Positions 1 to 10,825 of a stretch of 64,000 nucleotides of DNA are shown piece after piece. How positions within the stretch are numbered: position 1 is the first letter of the stretch; each line of letters starts with the position of its first letter. The notes beneath the pieces were generated by a model. It saw only the letters and a program-made list of their open reading frames with translations, was not told the origin of the DNA and did no database searches. Origin of the DNA: Oxalobacteraceae bacterium (GTDB lineage: Bacteria; Pseudomonadota; Gammaproteobacteria; Burkholderiales; Burkholderiaceae_D); assembly GCA_025352145.1 (NCBI GenBank), contig JANXTY010000061.1:129188-193187 (forward strand), read 5' to 3'. The translations under genes and the position numbers were made by a program.

Positions 1-404
1 CCACTTGCCGCAGTTACTCGATGGCATGGGATGACTAAAGGAAATGGGTTGTTGCCACAAGCTTGACCCACTGCACGAGGAGCGGATGATATTTCTTGTG
101 CAATCTGGCCGTAAGTGCGTACTTCGCCAAGAGGAATTGATGCGATGGCTGCCCAAATTTTGCGCTGAAATATAGTCCCTCGGTTCGCGAGCGGGAGATC
201 GAAATGAAAATCTGGATCGGACATATAGCGCTTGACTTGACCTGCGGCCTGTTCGGCCAGCCAATTAGTAGGGGATTTTTCTGCGAAGCTGGGAGGGAGA
301 TAAACTAATTCAAGGACAGCTTCATCGGGAGAGCGAATGCCAATGGCACCAAAAGATACCGGTACAACCGCGCAAAATGGAGTCGTGATTTCGAGCCTTT
401 TCAT
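1..404 (-). CDS. ogt: methylated-DNA--protein-cysteine methyltransferase (MGMT/Ogt family); C-terminus runs off the window
   Basis: Not in the ORF track because it is partial. My translation from ATG 404-402 (GGAG upstream) gives MKRLEITTPF...RTYGQIAQEISSAPRAVGQACGNNPFPLVIPCHRVTAASG. The PCHRV active-site motif is encoded at nt 15-29. Confidence 0.8.
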   Translation of the reverse strand, partial: MKRLEITTPFCAVVPVSFGAIGIRSPDEAVLELVYLPPSFAEKSPTNWLAEQAAGQVKRYMSDPDFHFDLPLANRGTIFQRKIWAAIASIPLGEVRTYGQIAQEISSAPRAVGQACGNNPFPLVIPCHRVTAAS

Positions 405-524
405 GCTACTCCGAGTACCGCAATTTTTTAGTTGCAAGAATGAAGAGGCGATAGCCAAATACCCTTTGCCTTTGGATGTGGCGTGTTTTCCGAGTTTATA
501 GGATTCCTCCGAAAACCCATTCCG

Positions 525-716
525 TTAGTTCAGGTCAGATAATCCCTCATCTTCCAAATCTGCAGGGGGATTGATAGCAGGAATAGAATATTTTTCGGTA
601 GCCCAGGCGCCCAGATCGATTTGTTTGCACCGTTCAGAACAAAAGGGGCGGAACTTGTTTGCTTCTACCCATACTACTTTTTTCCCACAGTTGGGACAAT
701 CGACAACAGCGGCCAT
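525..716 (-). CDS. yacG: DNA gyrase inhibitor YacG (zinc finger)
   Basis: 63 aa with CPNCGK...[14 protein letters not shown], the typical YacG Cys4 finger. Conserved position downstream of zapD-coaE. Confidence 0.85.
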   Translation of the reverse strand: MAAVVDCPNCGKKVVWVEANKFRPFCSERCKQIDLGAWATEKYSIPAINPPADLEDEGLSDLN

Positions 717-728
717 AAGCGAAGTAAA

Positions 729-1484
729 TTAAAAGTTACAGAGTGTTAGTTCAAAGGGGACGTCATTTTCTAAAGCGACTGGCTTGAACTCGCCGCCTTG
801 TGATGTAAAACGAACCCAAAGCATGTATTTATTGGCCGATATTTCGGGAATAGCGGCCAGCGCTTCATCCAGCGTTAGGCGCAGCATCTGATATACCTTA
901 CCTTGAAGCATTTGCTGATAACTCCCAGCGTGTGCGATCATTTTGACGGGGTTGCCTGATTCCCGCAGCAAGCGCAACACTAAACATAGCGCATTGAACA
1001 ATGGTGCTAGCGGCGCAAACCAGTTTGCGATATCCGCAAAACGGTCTTTGGGGGGGTGTTGTTGCCAGGCGTAGTAAGACGGCAGATCGAATTCGCAAGC
1101 ACCCCCAGGAATGATGGTGCGGCCGCGGATGCTCATGAGCCATTCGTTGTCGCGCACATTTTGTCCCGTTTTTCCATGCGATGCGACGAGTGTTGCGCTA
1201 ACACGGTCTAGCTCCGCCAAAATAGCATCGAGTCGCTCCGCCTGAACATTGGGATTGGATCTGAATCCGAGTAAAGTCTGTTTTTGCCGCTCAAGTTCTT
1301 GCAGTAAATCAGATTTCAAATCGGCACGACCAGCTACTTCCAACATTTCGAAAATTGTTGAGAGTGCGACATGATGTTGCATGGCGTGTTCTTGATGCAA
1401 GAAGAACTTAAATCGTTCGTATAGGTCTTCCAATCGCAGCAAGGTGCGAATACGCTCGTTGAAAGGATATTCGTAGACGATCAA
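729..1484 (-). CDS. zapD: cell division protein ZapD
   Basis: 251 aa with N-terminus [25 protein letters not shown], characteristic of ZapD (DUF1342). coaE-zapD-yacG synteny. Confidence 0.85.
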   Translation of the reverse strand: MIVYEYPFNERIRTLLRLEDLYERFKFFLHQEHAMQHHVALSTIFEMLEVAGRADLKSDLLQELERQKQTLLGFRSNPNVQAERLDAILAELDRVSATLVASHGKTGQNVRDNEWLMSIRGRTIIPGGACEFDLPSYYAWQQHPPKDRFADIANWFAPLAPLFNALCLVLRLLRESGNPVKMIAHAGSYQQMLQGKVYQMLRLTLDEALAAIPEISANKYMLWVRFTSQGGEFKPVALENDVPFELTLCNF

Positions 1485-1573
1485 AGTAAAATCCTAAATT
1501 GTGGCGCTGCGTAGATAATCGCGTCATTCTGAACGATGCTGAACCAAATTACAAATGCTATGCCGTTTTTTCA

Positions 1574-2230
1574 CTAACTTCCTGCAAGGCGAGAGTACAG
1601 CCCATGAAGTTTCTCGATTTTTTCTTCCAATGCCGCCAGATTTTTATCATTGATGATGACGTCATCAGCAGCCGCCAGTCTTATTTCTCGCGATACTTGT
1701 GTGGCCATAATAGTGCGCACTTCTTGTTCAGTCATAGCGCTGCGCTTCATCACCCGTGCGATCTGCAATACCTCTGGACAATCGATAACAAGTACGCGCG
1801 ACAGTTGTTTTTTCCATGTCCCTGATTCAACCAGAAGAGGAACGACAAAAATAATATAAACCCCTAATGCCTGTTCTGCCATGCGGGCGGCTTGCTCAAA
1901 AATAAGCGGGTGAAGGATGGATTCCAAGCGCCTTCGAGCGGCAGGACTTCCAAACACATGGGCACGCATCTTTTCTCTATTCATCGATCCTGCAACGTCA
2001 ATAAAGTCATGCCCGAATTGATCCCGAATGGCCGACATCGCGGCACCATCCACGGTCGTTAGCGCATGGGCGATTTGGTCAGTATCTATTACGGATGCCC
2101 CCCGCATTACAAACATATTGGCAGCGGCGGTTTTGCCACAACCAATACCGCCAGTGAGCCCGATCGAAATTCTTTTTGTATTCGATGTTGTTTGTATAGT
2201 TATCTGGTTCAGCGGCACGTCTCGTATCAA
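1574..2230 (-). CDS. coaE: dephospho-CoA kinase
   Basis: P-loop GLTGGIGCGKT near the N-terminus. ATGA overlap with the pilD stop. pilD-coaE synteny. Confidence 0.9.
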   Translation of the reverse strand: MIRDVPLNQITIQTTSNTKRISIGLTGGIGCGKTAAANMFVMRGASVIDTDQIAHALTTVDGAAMSAIRDQFGHDFIDVAGSMNREKMRAHVFGSPAARRRLESILHPLIFEQAARMAEQALGVYIIFVVPLLVESGTWKKQLSRVLVIDCPEVLQIARVMKRSAMTEQEVRTIMATQVSREIRLAAADDVIINDKNLAALEEKIEKLHGLYSRLAGS

Positions 2231-3093
2231 TAAAGAATGTTGAATACAAATTGGGATATAGGTTTGCCATAAAGCATTGCTATCATCCCCGCCGCAGCCA
2301 AATACGGTCCAAAAGGAATGGGAATGTCACGGCCGTGCTTGGCAAATATAATCAAGCTAATGCCAACAATGGCGCCCACCAGCGAAGACAGGAGAATAAT
2401 GATGGGTAGCATGCTCCATCCGAGCCATGCGCCTAGCGCAGCAAGCAATTTGAAATCGCCATATCCCATGCCTTCCTTTCGGGTGGCTAATTTAAACAGC
2501 CAGTAGATAGTCCACAGAGCCAAATATCCAACGACTGCGCCAATGACTGCACTGTGCAAGGGAACAAACGTGCCGTTAAGATTAATCAGCAATCCGCACC
2601 ACAACAATGAAAAAGTTAAATTGTCCGGCAGTAATTGCGTATCAGCATCGATAAAGGCCATCACTATCAGCAAATAGGTAAATACAAGCGCAGACAGTCC
2701 AGCCCAACCGCTTCCAGCATGCCAGATGAGAAATGCTGACAGCACACTGGTGAGCAATTCTATAGCGGGATAGCGGGCAGAAATAGACGCTTTACATTTA
2801 CTGCATTTACCTTTGAGTGCCAGGTAGCTGATGACGGGAATATTTTCAAGCGCAGTAATTTGGTGGCTGCAGTGGGGACATGCAGAGCGGGGAATCATTA
2901 AATTATAGCGATCTGAATGAGGCAAAGGCTGGCCGTTTTCATGCGCTGCATAATTGTCCCACTCTCGTTGCATGATACGTGGCATGCGATGAATGACGAC
3001 GTTCAAAAAACTCCCAACGAGAAGGCCGAAAATTCCTGCCACTACGGCGGGTAGAATCCCGCCGGGAGGAGCTGACATAAGCATATCAAGCAT
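2227..3093 (-). CDS. pilD: prepilin peptidase / N-methyltransferase (A24 family)
   Basis: 288 aa polytopic membrane protein with a CPHC...CSKC zinc motif and GMGYGDFKL/FGPYL aspartyl-protease motifs. Confidence 0.9.
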   Translation of the reverse strand: MLDMLMSAPPGGILPAVVAGIFGLLVGSFLNVVIHRMPRIMQREWDNYAAHENGQPLPHSDRYNLMIPRSACPHCSHQITALENIPVISYLALKGKCSKCKASISARYPAIELLTSVLSAFLIWHAGSGWAGLSALVFTYLLIVMAFIDADTQLLPDNLTFSLLWCGLLINLNGTFVPLHSAVIGAVVGYLALWTIYWLFKLATRKEGMGYGDFKLLAALGAWLGWSMLPIIILLSSLVGAIVGISLIIFAKHGRDIPIPFGPYLAAAGMIAMLYGKPISQFVFNILY

Positions 3094-4325
3094 TAAACTA
3101 CTGAGCCGAGCTTGAAGATAGGGAGATATAGGGCAACGACTAAACCCCCAATTAAAACACCTAAAACTACCATGATGATTGGCTCCATTAAGCTAGAGAG
3201 TGCTGCTACTGCTTCGTCAACCTCCTCTTCGTAAAAATCGGCAACTTTGCCGAGCATACTATCGAGCGAACCAGACTCCTCCCCAATGGCGACCATTTGC
3301 GTGACCATATTAGGAAATACATTAGCGTTTTGCATGGCGGTGGTGAGACTAGTTCCGGTGCTGACTTCGGTTTGAATGCGTTTTGTTGCGTCCAGATATA
3401 CAGCGTTCCCTGATGCCCCTCCAACTGAATCGAGTGCCTCAACAAGTGGAACGCCTGCGGCAAACATAGTGGCCAGCGTTCGGGTCCACCTGGCGATGGT
3501 CGCTTTTCTAACAACATCCCCAAACACGGGAGCTTGCAGTAAGATCCTGTCCATAAAGCGTTGTATGGGGAGTGAGCGTTTCCAGGCATGAAGAAATAAA
3601 TAGATGCCTCCACCTACACCGCCAAAAATGAGATACCAATATTTTACAAAATTATCTGAAATGGCCATAACGATGAGAGTGGGGCCCGGCAAATCTGCAC
3701 CAAAGCTTCTAAATACCTCCTTAAAAGCTGGGACGACCCAAATCATAATGACTGATGTGACAATAAAGGCAACCGCAAGAATGGATACGGGATAAAACAA
3801 AGCTCCTTTAATTTTTGCTTTAATGGCGAGCGTTTTTTCTTTATAAATTGCCAGTCTTGTTAACAAATCCTCCAAAATACCTGCCTGTTCACCAGCTCCG
3901 ACTAAATTGCAAAAAAGCGGATCAAAATACAAAGGGAATTTGCGAAACGCTTGATTCAAGCTGGTACCGGTTTCGACATCGGCCCGAATTTCATTGACAA
4001 GCTTTGACACAGAGGGATTTGAGTGACCTTTACCCACAATGTCGAAAGATTGCAATAAAGGGACACCAGCTTTCATCATTGTTGCCAATTGGCGAGTGAA
4101 GAGGGTGATGTCTTTGTCCGTGACTTTTTTCCCGCTCGTAAATGATTTCTTTTTGATTTTGGTGATAAGAATACCTTGACGTCGTAGCGTCACGGAGGCT
4201 ATGGCCTCGCCTACTGCACGCAACTCGCCGCGCACTACTTTCCCCGACTTGTCTCGGCCCTCCCAAGAATAGATCGACTCTTTTACTTGGTTTGAATTTG
4301 CGTTTGTGCGTGATGAGGTTGCCAT
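3093..4325 (-). CDS. pilC: type IV pilus assembly platform protein PilC (GspF family)
   Basis: 410 aa with two GspF repeats (LATMMKAGVPLLQS / LATMFAAGVPLVEA). Lies between pilB and pilD. Confidence 0.9.
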   Translation of the reverse strand: MATSSRTNANSNQVKESIYSWEGRDKSGKVVRGELRAVGEAIASVTLRRQGILITKIKKKSFTSGKKVTDKDITLFTRQLATMMKAGVPLLQSFDIVGKGHSNPSVSKLVNEIRADVETGTSLNQAFRKFPLYFDPLFCNLVGAGEQAGILEDLLTRLAIYKEKTLAIKAKIKGALFYPVSILAVAFIVTSVIMIWVVPAFKEVFRSFGADLPGPTLIVMAISDNFVKYWYLIFGGVGGGIYLFLHAWKRSLPIQRFMDRILLQAPVFGDVVRKATIARWTRTLATMFAAGVPLVEALDSVGGASGNAVYLDATKRIQTEVSTGTSLTTAMQNANVFPNMVTQMVAIGEESGSLDSMLGKVADFYEEEVDEAVAALSSLMEPIIMVVLGVLIGGLVVALYLPIFKLGSVV

Positions 4326-4341
4326 GCTTATTATCCTTCAA

Positions 4342-6069
4342 CTATTCGTTGGTGCAGCCAAGTACTTCTTCCAGGCTGGTCAAGCCTTGTCTCACCTTCA
4401 TTAGTCCCGACTGACGTAAAGACCTTACTCCTTCACTTTCGGATTGCTGTGCAATTTCCGGCGCAGTACCGTTTGCGAGAATAATGCGCTCAATTTCATC
4501 GGTAATTGGCATAATCTGGTATATCCCGACGCGCCCCTTATAACCGCTGCCGCTGCAGCGATCGCAACCAATCGGCTTATATGGCTGCCAGGTGCCGTCC
4601 AGTTCTTCTTCTTTGAAGCCGGCCTGTAGCAAGATTTCATCAAGAACGACAGCAGGCTGTTTACATGTACATAGGCGTCGTGCCAGTCGCTGCGCTGTGA
4701 TGAGGATGACGGATGAGGCGATATTAAATGGTGCAACGCCCATATTCATCAAGCGCGTCAGTGTAGAGGGGGCATCATTGGTGTGTAAGGTGGAAAATAC
4801 CATATGACCTGTTTGCGCAGCCTTGATCGCGATATCGGCAGTTTCGAGATCCCGTATTTCACCCACCATGATGATGTCTGGATCTTGCCGTAAAAACGAC
4901 TTCAAAGCGACCGCAAATGTTAGGCCGGCCTTGTCATTTACATTGACTTGATTGACGCCAGGCAAATTGATTTCGGCAGGATCTTCAGCCGTCGAAATAT
5001 TGATGCCAGGTTTGTTAATCACATTTAAGCATGTGTATAAAGAAACGGTTTTGCCTGAACCTGTGGGGCCAGTTACCAGCACCATGCCATAGGGTCGTTG
5101 AATCGCCTCCATCAAAATTTCTTTTTGATCTGGATCGTAACCTAATGCGTCAATTCCCATTTGGGCTTGGGTCGCATCCAGAATACGCATGACGGTTTTT
5201 TCGCCAAACAAAGTCGGTAACGTACTAACACGAAAATCGATGGCTTTTGTTTGGGACAAAACTAATTTCATACGCCCATCTTGTGGAACGCGTTTTTCGG
5301 AAATATCTAGTTTGGAAAGTACTTTGATGCGGGACACCAATTTGTCTTTAATGGCAAGTGGGGGTTGTGCATGTTCACGCAAAACACCATCGATCCGCAG
5401 ACGAATTCGGTAAAATTTTTCAAAAGGTTCGAAATGAATGTCCGATGCGCCCAGATTAATGGCATCGAGCAGAATTTTGTTGAGAAATTTGACGATAGGG
5501 GCATCGTCAATATCTGCGGTTCCCAAGTCGGCTGGAGATGCCACGGCATCATCTTCAACAAATTCGAGATCTTGCTCGTCTCCAATGAGCTCGGTCAAAT
5601 TTTGCTCAGAATTTTTACCGAGAACACTCAGGAGCTGAACGAGAACGTCATGTTGAACGACAACCGGCTCAACTGATGCCTCAGTCTGAAATTTGATTTG
5701 ATCTAGCGCTTGTATATTGGTTGGATCAGAGATGGCCACAGACATCTTGTTGCCACGCTTAACCAACGCAATGACGCGCTGGCTCTGCATAAGCTTGGCA
5801 TCAATGATTTTTTCAGGAAGACTACTGACATTGATCGCGCTAAGATCAACCAGGGGATAGCCGAAAGTCTCCGAGCAAAACATGGCGAGCGCCCGTGCAT
5901 CAATAGCGCCACCTTGTAGTAGTGCATCAATAAAAGGTGTTTTGTCGATACTCGTTTTTTTTTGAATGGCCTCGGCTTGCTGAGATGATAGCCGCCCCGC
6001 TTGCATCAATGCACGCGCAAGTCCAGGCATAGAGGCGCTTGAAATCGGAGAGGGAAGCACTGCAGCCAT
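4342..6069 (-). CDS. pilB: type IV pilus assembly ATPase PilB
   Basis: Walker A GPTGSGKT, GspE-family Asp/His boxes and a CxxC...CxxC tetracysteine motif. The start is set at MAAVLPSP (6069); the track ORF extends to 6093. Confidence 0.9.
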   Translation of the reverse strand: MAAVLPSPISSASMPGLARALMQAGRLSSQQAEAIQKKTSIDKTPFIDALLQGGAIDARALAMFCSETFGYPLVDLSAINVSSLPEKIIDAKLMQSQRVIALVKRGNKMSVAISDPTNIQALDQIKFQTEASVEPVVVQHDVLVQLLSVLGKNSEQNLTELIGDEQDLEFVEDDAVASPADLGTADIDDAPIVKFLNKILLDAINLGASDIHFEPFEKFYRIRLRIDGVLREHAQPPLAIKDKLVSRIKVLSKLDISEKRVPQDGRMKLVLSQTKAIDFRVSTLPTLFGEKTVMRILDATQAQMGIDALGYDPDQKEILMEAIQRPYGMVLVTGPTGSGKTVSLYTCLNVINKPGINISTAEDPAEINLPGVNQVNVNDKAGLTFAVALKSFLRQDPDIIMVGEIRDLETADIAIKAAQTGHMVFSTLHTNDAPSTLTRLMNMGVAPFNIASSVILITAQRLARRLCTCKQPAVVLDEILLQAGFKEEELDGTWQPYKPIGCDRCSGSGYKGRVGIYQIMPITDEIERIILANGTAPEIAQQSESEGVRSLRQSGLMKVRQGLTSLEEVLGCTNE

Positions 6070-6181
6070 AAAATAAAATTGAAAGTAGCACAATAAGCTA
6101 AACGTCGGATTAGCGTTAGATAATGCCCCTAGGCATCTGATTTGTAAAGATATTGTCTCTCAATAGTCATTTTGTAGGAAG

Positions 6182-7477
6182 TTACGTTTCCAGATGAGGT
6201 AAATCTTCGATTTTTAATCGGGTTAGTTTGACAACTTTAATCGACTGATCTTGCGTCTGAATAATTTCGATAACGCAATTACCGGTTTTGACGCAGACGT
6301 TTGCATCAGGGATATCTTGCAATAATTCTAGTAACAGGCCATTGAGTGTTTTCGGTCCTGTTAGTGGAAAATGTAGTCCTAGACGCTTGTTGATATCCCG
6401 TAAGGCCGTACTACCCTCCAGTAAACATTCATTTTTCTCATCCCACAAAAAAGAGTCGGCACGTGCTGCACCGGGCACGGAAGTCGTGAATTCCCCTATC
6501 ATTTCTTCGAGAATGTCTTCCAGCGTTACCAACCCCTGCACCTCACCGTATTCGTCCACAATGATGCCGAGTCGTTCACGATTTTCCTGGAAATATTGCA
6601 GTTGTTTGAGGACGTCAGTATCTTGGGGAATAAAATAGGGGGGTGTCAACAGTTTCCGGAAATGCTCAACTGTTAATTCTTCTTCATAGTTGAGGAGGGC
6701 AACGGCCCTGCGTACATGCAAAATGCCGATAATGCGGTTAATTTCTCCCTCATACACGGGAAGCTTGTTGTGATAACAGGTAATAAGTTGATGCTTTATT
6801 TCCTCTACTGTGACGGCCATATTAAGTGCTTCAACTTGGGTGCGAGGGGTCATCACATCTTCGACGGTAATTTTTTCAAGCTCGAATAAATTCAACAAAA
6901 TACTAAGATGTTTTTTGGGAATAAAATTACCACCCTCAAGCACAATCGAGCGAAGTTCTTCGGATGAAATTTGGCTCTCTTCTTTATTCTGGGGCACGTG
7001 CAGTATCCGCAATAGTCCTTTAACAAGCAAATTGGTGACCCACACCAAAGGATTCATGACAAACATCAGAACACGTAATATCGGCGCGATAGTCAAGGCG
7101 ATACGCTCAGGATAGGCCGCGCCGATTACCTTTGGCGTAATTTCGGCAAAGATGACAATGGCAAATGAAACAGCAGTAGAGGCAATCGCCAGGGCGTATT
7201 TACTTTCTCCGAAATAATAGATGGCGAATGCGGCGGCCAGTGCAGAGGCGCCAGAATTGATCAAATTGTTGCCAAGCAAAATGACGCCGAGTAAGCGCTC
7301 GGTTTCCGTTAGCATAGTCAATACCAGCTTGGCGCGCCGACTCCCCGCAGTTGCGAGATGGCGTAACTTATGTCGATTTAGCGCCATCATGGCCGTTTCA
7401 GCGATCGAAAAAAATCCTGACAGAAGGAGGAGAATGGCGAGCCCCAGTATTTGGGCCCATAAAGGCACGGTATCCAA
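6182..7477 (-). CDS. CNNM/HlyC/CorC-family transporter (DUF21-CBS pair-CorC_HlyC)
   Basis: 431 aa. N-terminal DUF21 membrane domain (LSGFFSIAETAMMAL), a CBS pair, and a C-terminal CorC-type domain. Confidence 0.85.
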   Translation of the reverse strand: MDTVPLWAQILGLAILLLLSGFFSIAETAMMALNRHKLRHLATAGSRRAKLVLTMLTETERLLGVILLGNNLINSGASALAAAFAIYYFGESKYALAIASTAVSFAIVIFAEITPKVIGAAYPERIALTIAPILRVLMFVMNPLVWVTNLLVKGLLRILHVPQNKEESQISSEELRSIVLEGGNFIPKKHLSILLNLFELEKITVEDVMTPRTQVEALNMAVTVEEIKHQLITCYHNKLPVYEGEINRIIGILHVRRAVALLNYEEELTVEHFRKLLTPPYFIPQDTDVLKQLQYFQENRERLGIIVDEYGEVQGLVTLEDILEEMIGEFTTSVPGAARADSFLWDEKNECLLEGSTALRDINKRLGLHFPLTGPKTLNGLLLELLQDIPDANVCVKTGNCVIEIIQTQDQSIKVVKLTRLKIEDLPHLET

Positions 7478-7564
7478 GGGGTCACCGTAAAGAAATGGAG
7501 TCGATAAGACTAGTAAGTGTGGGGTAACTTACAGCAGCAGAGCATGGCCTGAAAGTGGAATGGC

Positions 7565-8617
7565 TCAATGATTTCTGTCCACTGCAAACGCGCATAATTC
7601 TAACAAAGAATTCTTAAAGTGCGTGTTTGGCAGGTTGGAAATCGATTCTGCTGCACGCTTTGCGGCTTTCTTTGCTTCGTGTTTTGTGTAGCTTAGTGCG
7701 CCCGAACTCGTTACCGCATCTAGAATGGCGTTGAAGTGCTGTTCATCACCATCTTTGATGCAGGCGCGCACCATTTCCTTTTGTTCGGGGGTCCCATGTT
7801 CCAATACATAAATCAGTGGGAGCGTCGGCTTGCCTTCACGTAGATCGTCCCCGACATTTTTGCCAATGTCGACTGCGTTGCCGGAATAATCGAGCACATC
7901 GTCAATTAGCTGAAATGCAGTTCCGAGCGAACGTCCATATTCTGCGGCTGCTTCAATTTCAGATTCTGTCGCTCCAGAAATGAGTGCGCCAAGTTGGGTG
8001 GCGGCTTCGAATAGTTTCGCTGTTTTAGAGCGAATAACTTGTAGATAACGCTCTTCGCTGACATTCGGATCGTGCATATTCAGCAGTTGCAAAACTTCAC
8101 CTTCCGCGATGACATTGGTAGCGTCGGCCAGGATCTGCATGATCCTCATATCATTCATTTCCACCATCATCTGAAACGCACGGGAATAAAGAAAATCACC
8201 CACTAGCACCGAGGCGGCATTACCAAATAAAGTATTAGCCGTCGCCTTGCCACGCCGCATCGAAGATTCATCTACGACATCGTCATGCAATAGCGTGGCA
8301 GTATGAATAAACTCGATGACCGCAGCGAGTTCATGGTGATGAGTACCGCGATAACCGTAGGCGTGCGCCATAAGCAGTAGCAACACAGGGCGGATACGTT
8401 TTCCACCTGAGGCAATGATGTATTCTGCTATCTGTTTCACTAGACTGACGTCGGAATGCAGTCTAGTGCGGATAGCGTGGTTGACGGCATCCATGTCGTC
8501 TGTGATTGATGCGAAAAGAGTGTGTGAGCTGGTGGTGGCGGAAGACAAGGCAAACCTGCAAGAAATCCTAAGTGGGGTGATTATACGATGGCGTTCGGAT
8601 ATTTCGTTAGTGCGCAA
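7565..8617 (-). CDS. ispB: octaprenyl-diphosphate synthase
   Basis: DDVVDES and DDVLDY polyprenyl synthase motifs with near-colinear similarity to E. coli IspB. The start is uncertain: TTG at 8617 in the track, and an in-frame TTG at 8548 gives a more typical N-terminus. Confidence 0.9.
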   Translation of the reverse strand: MRTNEISERHRIITPLRISCRFALSSATTSSHTLFASITDDMDAVNHAIRTRLHSDVSLVKQIAEYIIASGGKRIRPVLLLLMAHAYGYRGTHHHELAAVIEFIHTATLLHDDVVDESSMRRGKATANTLFGNAASVLVGDFLYSRAFQMMVEMNDMRIMQILADATNVIAEGEVLQLLNMHDPNVSEERYLQVIRSKTAKLFEAATQLGALISGATESEIEAAAEYGRSLGTAFQLIDDVLDYSGNAVDIGKNVGDDLREGKPTLPLIYVLEHGTPEQKEMVRACIKDGDEQHFNAILDAVTSSGALSYTKHEAKKAAKRAAESISNLPNTHFKNSLLELCAFAVDRNH

Positions 8618-8658
8618 ATTGCAGCAATGCCCATGTTTTTAAGCGTTATTTGCTTGTT

Positions 8659-8687
8659 TTGACGTGTGTTCCAAGTCCATGTATAAT
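8659..8687 (+). promoter_or_regulatory. near-consensus sigma70 promoter for rplU-rpmA
   Basis: TTGACG (8659-8664), a 17-nt spacer, then TATAAT (8682-8687). It lies 82 nt upstream of the rplU ATG. Confidence 0.6.
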
Positions 8688-8768
8688 CGGCGGTTCTCCA
8701 GATTTCGCATTGTGTTTCGTTCGCGGGATTGGTGAGAAAATTCCTTAATTCATTTGATGAGGTTTCAC

Positions 8769-9080
8769 ATGTACGCGGTCATAAAAACCGGTGGCAAACA
8801 ATATAAAGTTGTCGCTGGTGAAAAATTCAAAATAGAACAGATACCTGCTGACATTGGTTCCGAAATCACACTTGATCAAGTACTCGCAGTGGGCGCGGGT
8901 GACACCATTAAATTTGGTGTGCCATTGGTTGAAGGTGCTACGGTTCTGGTTACGGTATTGGCGCAAGGTCGCCACGATAAGGTCAAGATTTTCAAGATGC
9001 GTCGTCGTAAGCACTACCAGAAGCATCAAGGCCATCGCCAAAATTATACGGAAGTCCAAGTCGTTTCCATTAACGCTTAA
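8769..9080 (+). CDS. rplU: 50S ribosomal protein L21
   Basis: [15 protein letters not shown]-terminus with GAGG upstream of ATG 8769. Confidence 0.95.
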   Translation: MYAVIKTGGKQYKVVAGEKFKIEQIPADIGSEITLDQVLAVGAGDTIKFGVPLVEGATVLVTVLAQGRHDKVKIFKMRRRKHYQKHQGHRQNYTEVQVVSINA

Positions 9081-9128
9081 TTAATTAAATTATCATTGGT
9101 TAATTAACCAGATACCGAGGAGTCTTAA

Positions 9129-9404
9129 GTGGCACATAAAAAAGGCGGCGGCACTACGCGCAACGGCCGTGATTCTGAGTCGAAACGACTTGGCGTTAAA
9201 GTATACGGCGGCCAAACTATCAATGCGGGCGGTATCATTATTCGTCAACGTGGCACACCAGTGCGCGCTGGCGAAAATGTAGGCATGGGGAAAGACCACA
9301 CCTTGTTCGCGCTCGTTGATGGCAAGGTAAAATTTCTTGTCCAAGGCCCGCAAAGCAAACAGTTCGTTACTGTAGTACCTGCTGTAGTTGCAGCAGTTGC
9401 GTAA
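9129..9404 (+). CDS. rpmA: 50S ribosomal protein L27
   Basis: [24 protein letters not shown], with a GTG start. Confidence 0.95.
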   Translation: MAHKKGGGTTRNGRDSESKRLGVKVYGGQTINAGGIIIRQRGTPVRAGENVGMGKDHTLFALVDGKVKFLVQGPQSKQFVTVVPAVVAAVA

Positions 9405-9621
9405 TATTTTTAGCGCACGCAAGTAATGTAAGGCGCAAGCCTTCAATCAAAAGACTTTGTACTTGGCAGGGTCTTTTTAGGGCACCTCAAAAATCGACTG
9501 CGCGACCCATTTCGGGCCTGCGATGCTCGCCATGTTTCGATATGGCCGCGCTTCTCAACCCGGCCTTGGGCCGCTCGCAACGATTTTCTGTGGTGCCCTT
9601 TCGTTTTTATGGCGGCAAAAA

Positions 9622-10731
9622 ATGAAGTTCATCGATGAAGCGAAAATTGAGGTCATCGCAGGGAATGGAGGCAATGGCTGCGCCTCTTTTTGTCGTGAGA
9701 AATTCAGGCCCTTTGGCGGTCCAGACGGTGGCGATGGTGGTAAAGGCGGCAGCATCTTTGCGGTAGCTGATCGCAATATCAACACATTGGTTGACTTCCG
9801 TTTTTCCAAGTTGCATAAGGCTCGCGATGGTGAGAGTGGACGCGGCGCGGACTGCTACGGTAAAGGCGCAGATGACATCTTGTTGCGCATGCCGGTAGGT
9901 ACGCTCATCGTCGATCACGTTTCTGGTGAAAATATCGCAGACCTGACGGAGCACGGACAAATTGAATTGCTCGCTAAAGGTGGCGAGGGTGGCTGGGGCA
10001 ACATTCATTTCAAAACCTCGACTAATCGTGCACCTCGCCAAAAGGGGGATGGGAAAGAAGGGGAGCGTCGTGAACTGCGATTGGAATTGAAAGTGCTGGC
10101 CGACGTAGGTTTATTAGGTATGCCTAATGCAGGCAAGTCGACTTTTATTTCAGCCGTGTCGAATGCGCGCCCTAAAATTGCCGATTATCCATTTACGACT
10201 TTGCATCCGAATCTGGGTGTAGTACGCGTGAGTCATGAGAAAAGTTTCGTCATTGCCGACATTCCGGGTTTGATAGAAGGGGCATCGGAAGGTGCGGGAT
10301 TGGGCCATCAATTTTTGCGTCATTTGCAGCGCACCGGATTACTATTGCATATTGTTGATCTGGCCCCATTCGAGACGACGGTAGATCCCGTAAAGGAAGC
10401 CAAAGCACTCGTCAAAGAATTAAAAAAATACGATGAGTCCTTAGTAGATAAACCGCGTTGGTTGGTATTGAATAAGTTAGATATGGTTCCAGAGGAGGAA
10501 CGAAAAAAACGCGTCAAGGATTTCATTAAGCGCTTTGCGTGGAAGGGACCGATATTTGAGATTTCGGCCCTAAACCGAGAGGGATGTGAGGAACTTGTTA
10601 CTGCGATCTATCAGCATCTTGAAACCAAACGCAATTCAGAACAGCGTGCAGAAGAAACACAAATGACAGAGGAGGCGCGTGGAATTGCCTCGATAGACCC
10701 TGATGACCCTCGCTTCAAGGTAATGGAATAA
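9622..10731 (+). CDS. obgE: GTPase Obg/CgtA
   Basis: [11 protein letters not shown]...[15 protein letters not shown] Obg fold, followed by G1 GMPNAGKST and the other GTPase motifs. rplU-rpmA-obg synteny. Confidence 0.95.
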   Translation: MKFIDEAKIEVIAGNGGNGCASFCREKFRPFGGPDGGDGGKGGSIFAVADRNINTLVDFRFSKLHKARDGESGRGADCYGKGADDILLRMPVGTLIVDHVSGENIADLTEHGQIELLAKGGEGGWGNIHFKTSTNRAPRQKGDGKEGERRELRLELKVLADVGLLGMPNAGKSTFISAVSNARPKIADYPFTTLHPNLGVVRVSHEKSFVIADIPGLIEGASEGAGLGHQFLRHLQRTGLLLHIVDLAPFETTVDPVKEAKALVKELKKYDESLVDKPRWLVLNKLDMVPEEERKKRVKDFIKRFAWKGPIFEISALNREGCEELVTAIYQHLETKRNSEQRAEETQMTEEARGIASIDPDDPRFKVME

Positions 10732-10825
10732 GCGGGTTTGTAAATACCAAGGATTGGGTATTAAACGTCATTTCGCTAGCTTTCATGGATGAGATGTCAC
10801 CGTATTTGACCGCATACAACAGAAC

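Noticed and set aside
898-1143. 81-aa minus ORF nested within zapD, and similar nested ORFs in pilC, pilB, proS, recQ and the GH2 gene.
   Set aside because: They are alternate-frame shadows inside well-supported genes, with biased composition and no independent evidence.
5955-5963. A9/T9 homopolymer inside the pilB N-terminal coding region as a phase-variation switch. Similar T8-T9 runs lie near 14545, 16991 and 32770.
   Set aside because: The tracts are short, they encode ordinary Lys-Lys codons, and they are not associated with known contingency loci. There is no evidence of length heterogeneity from a single sequence.
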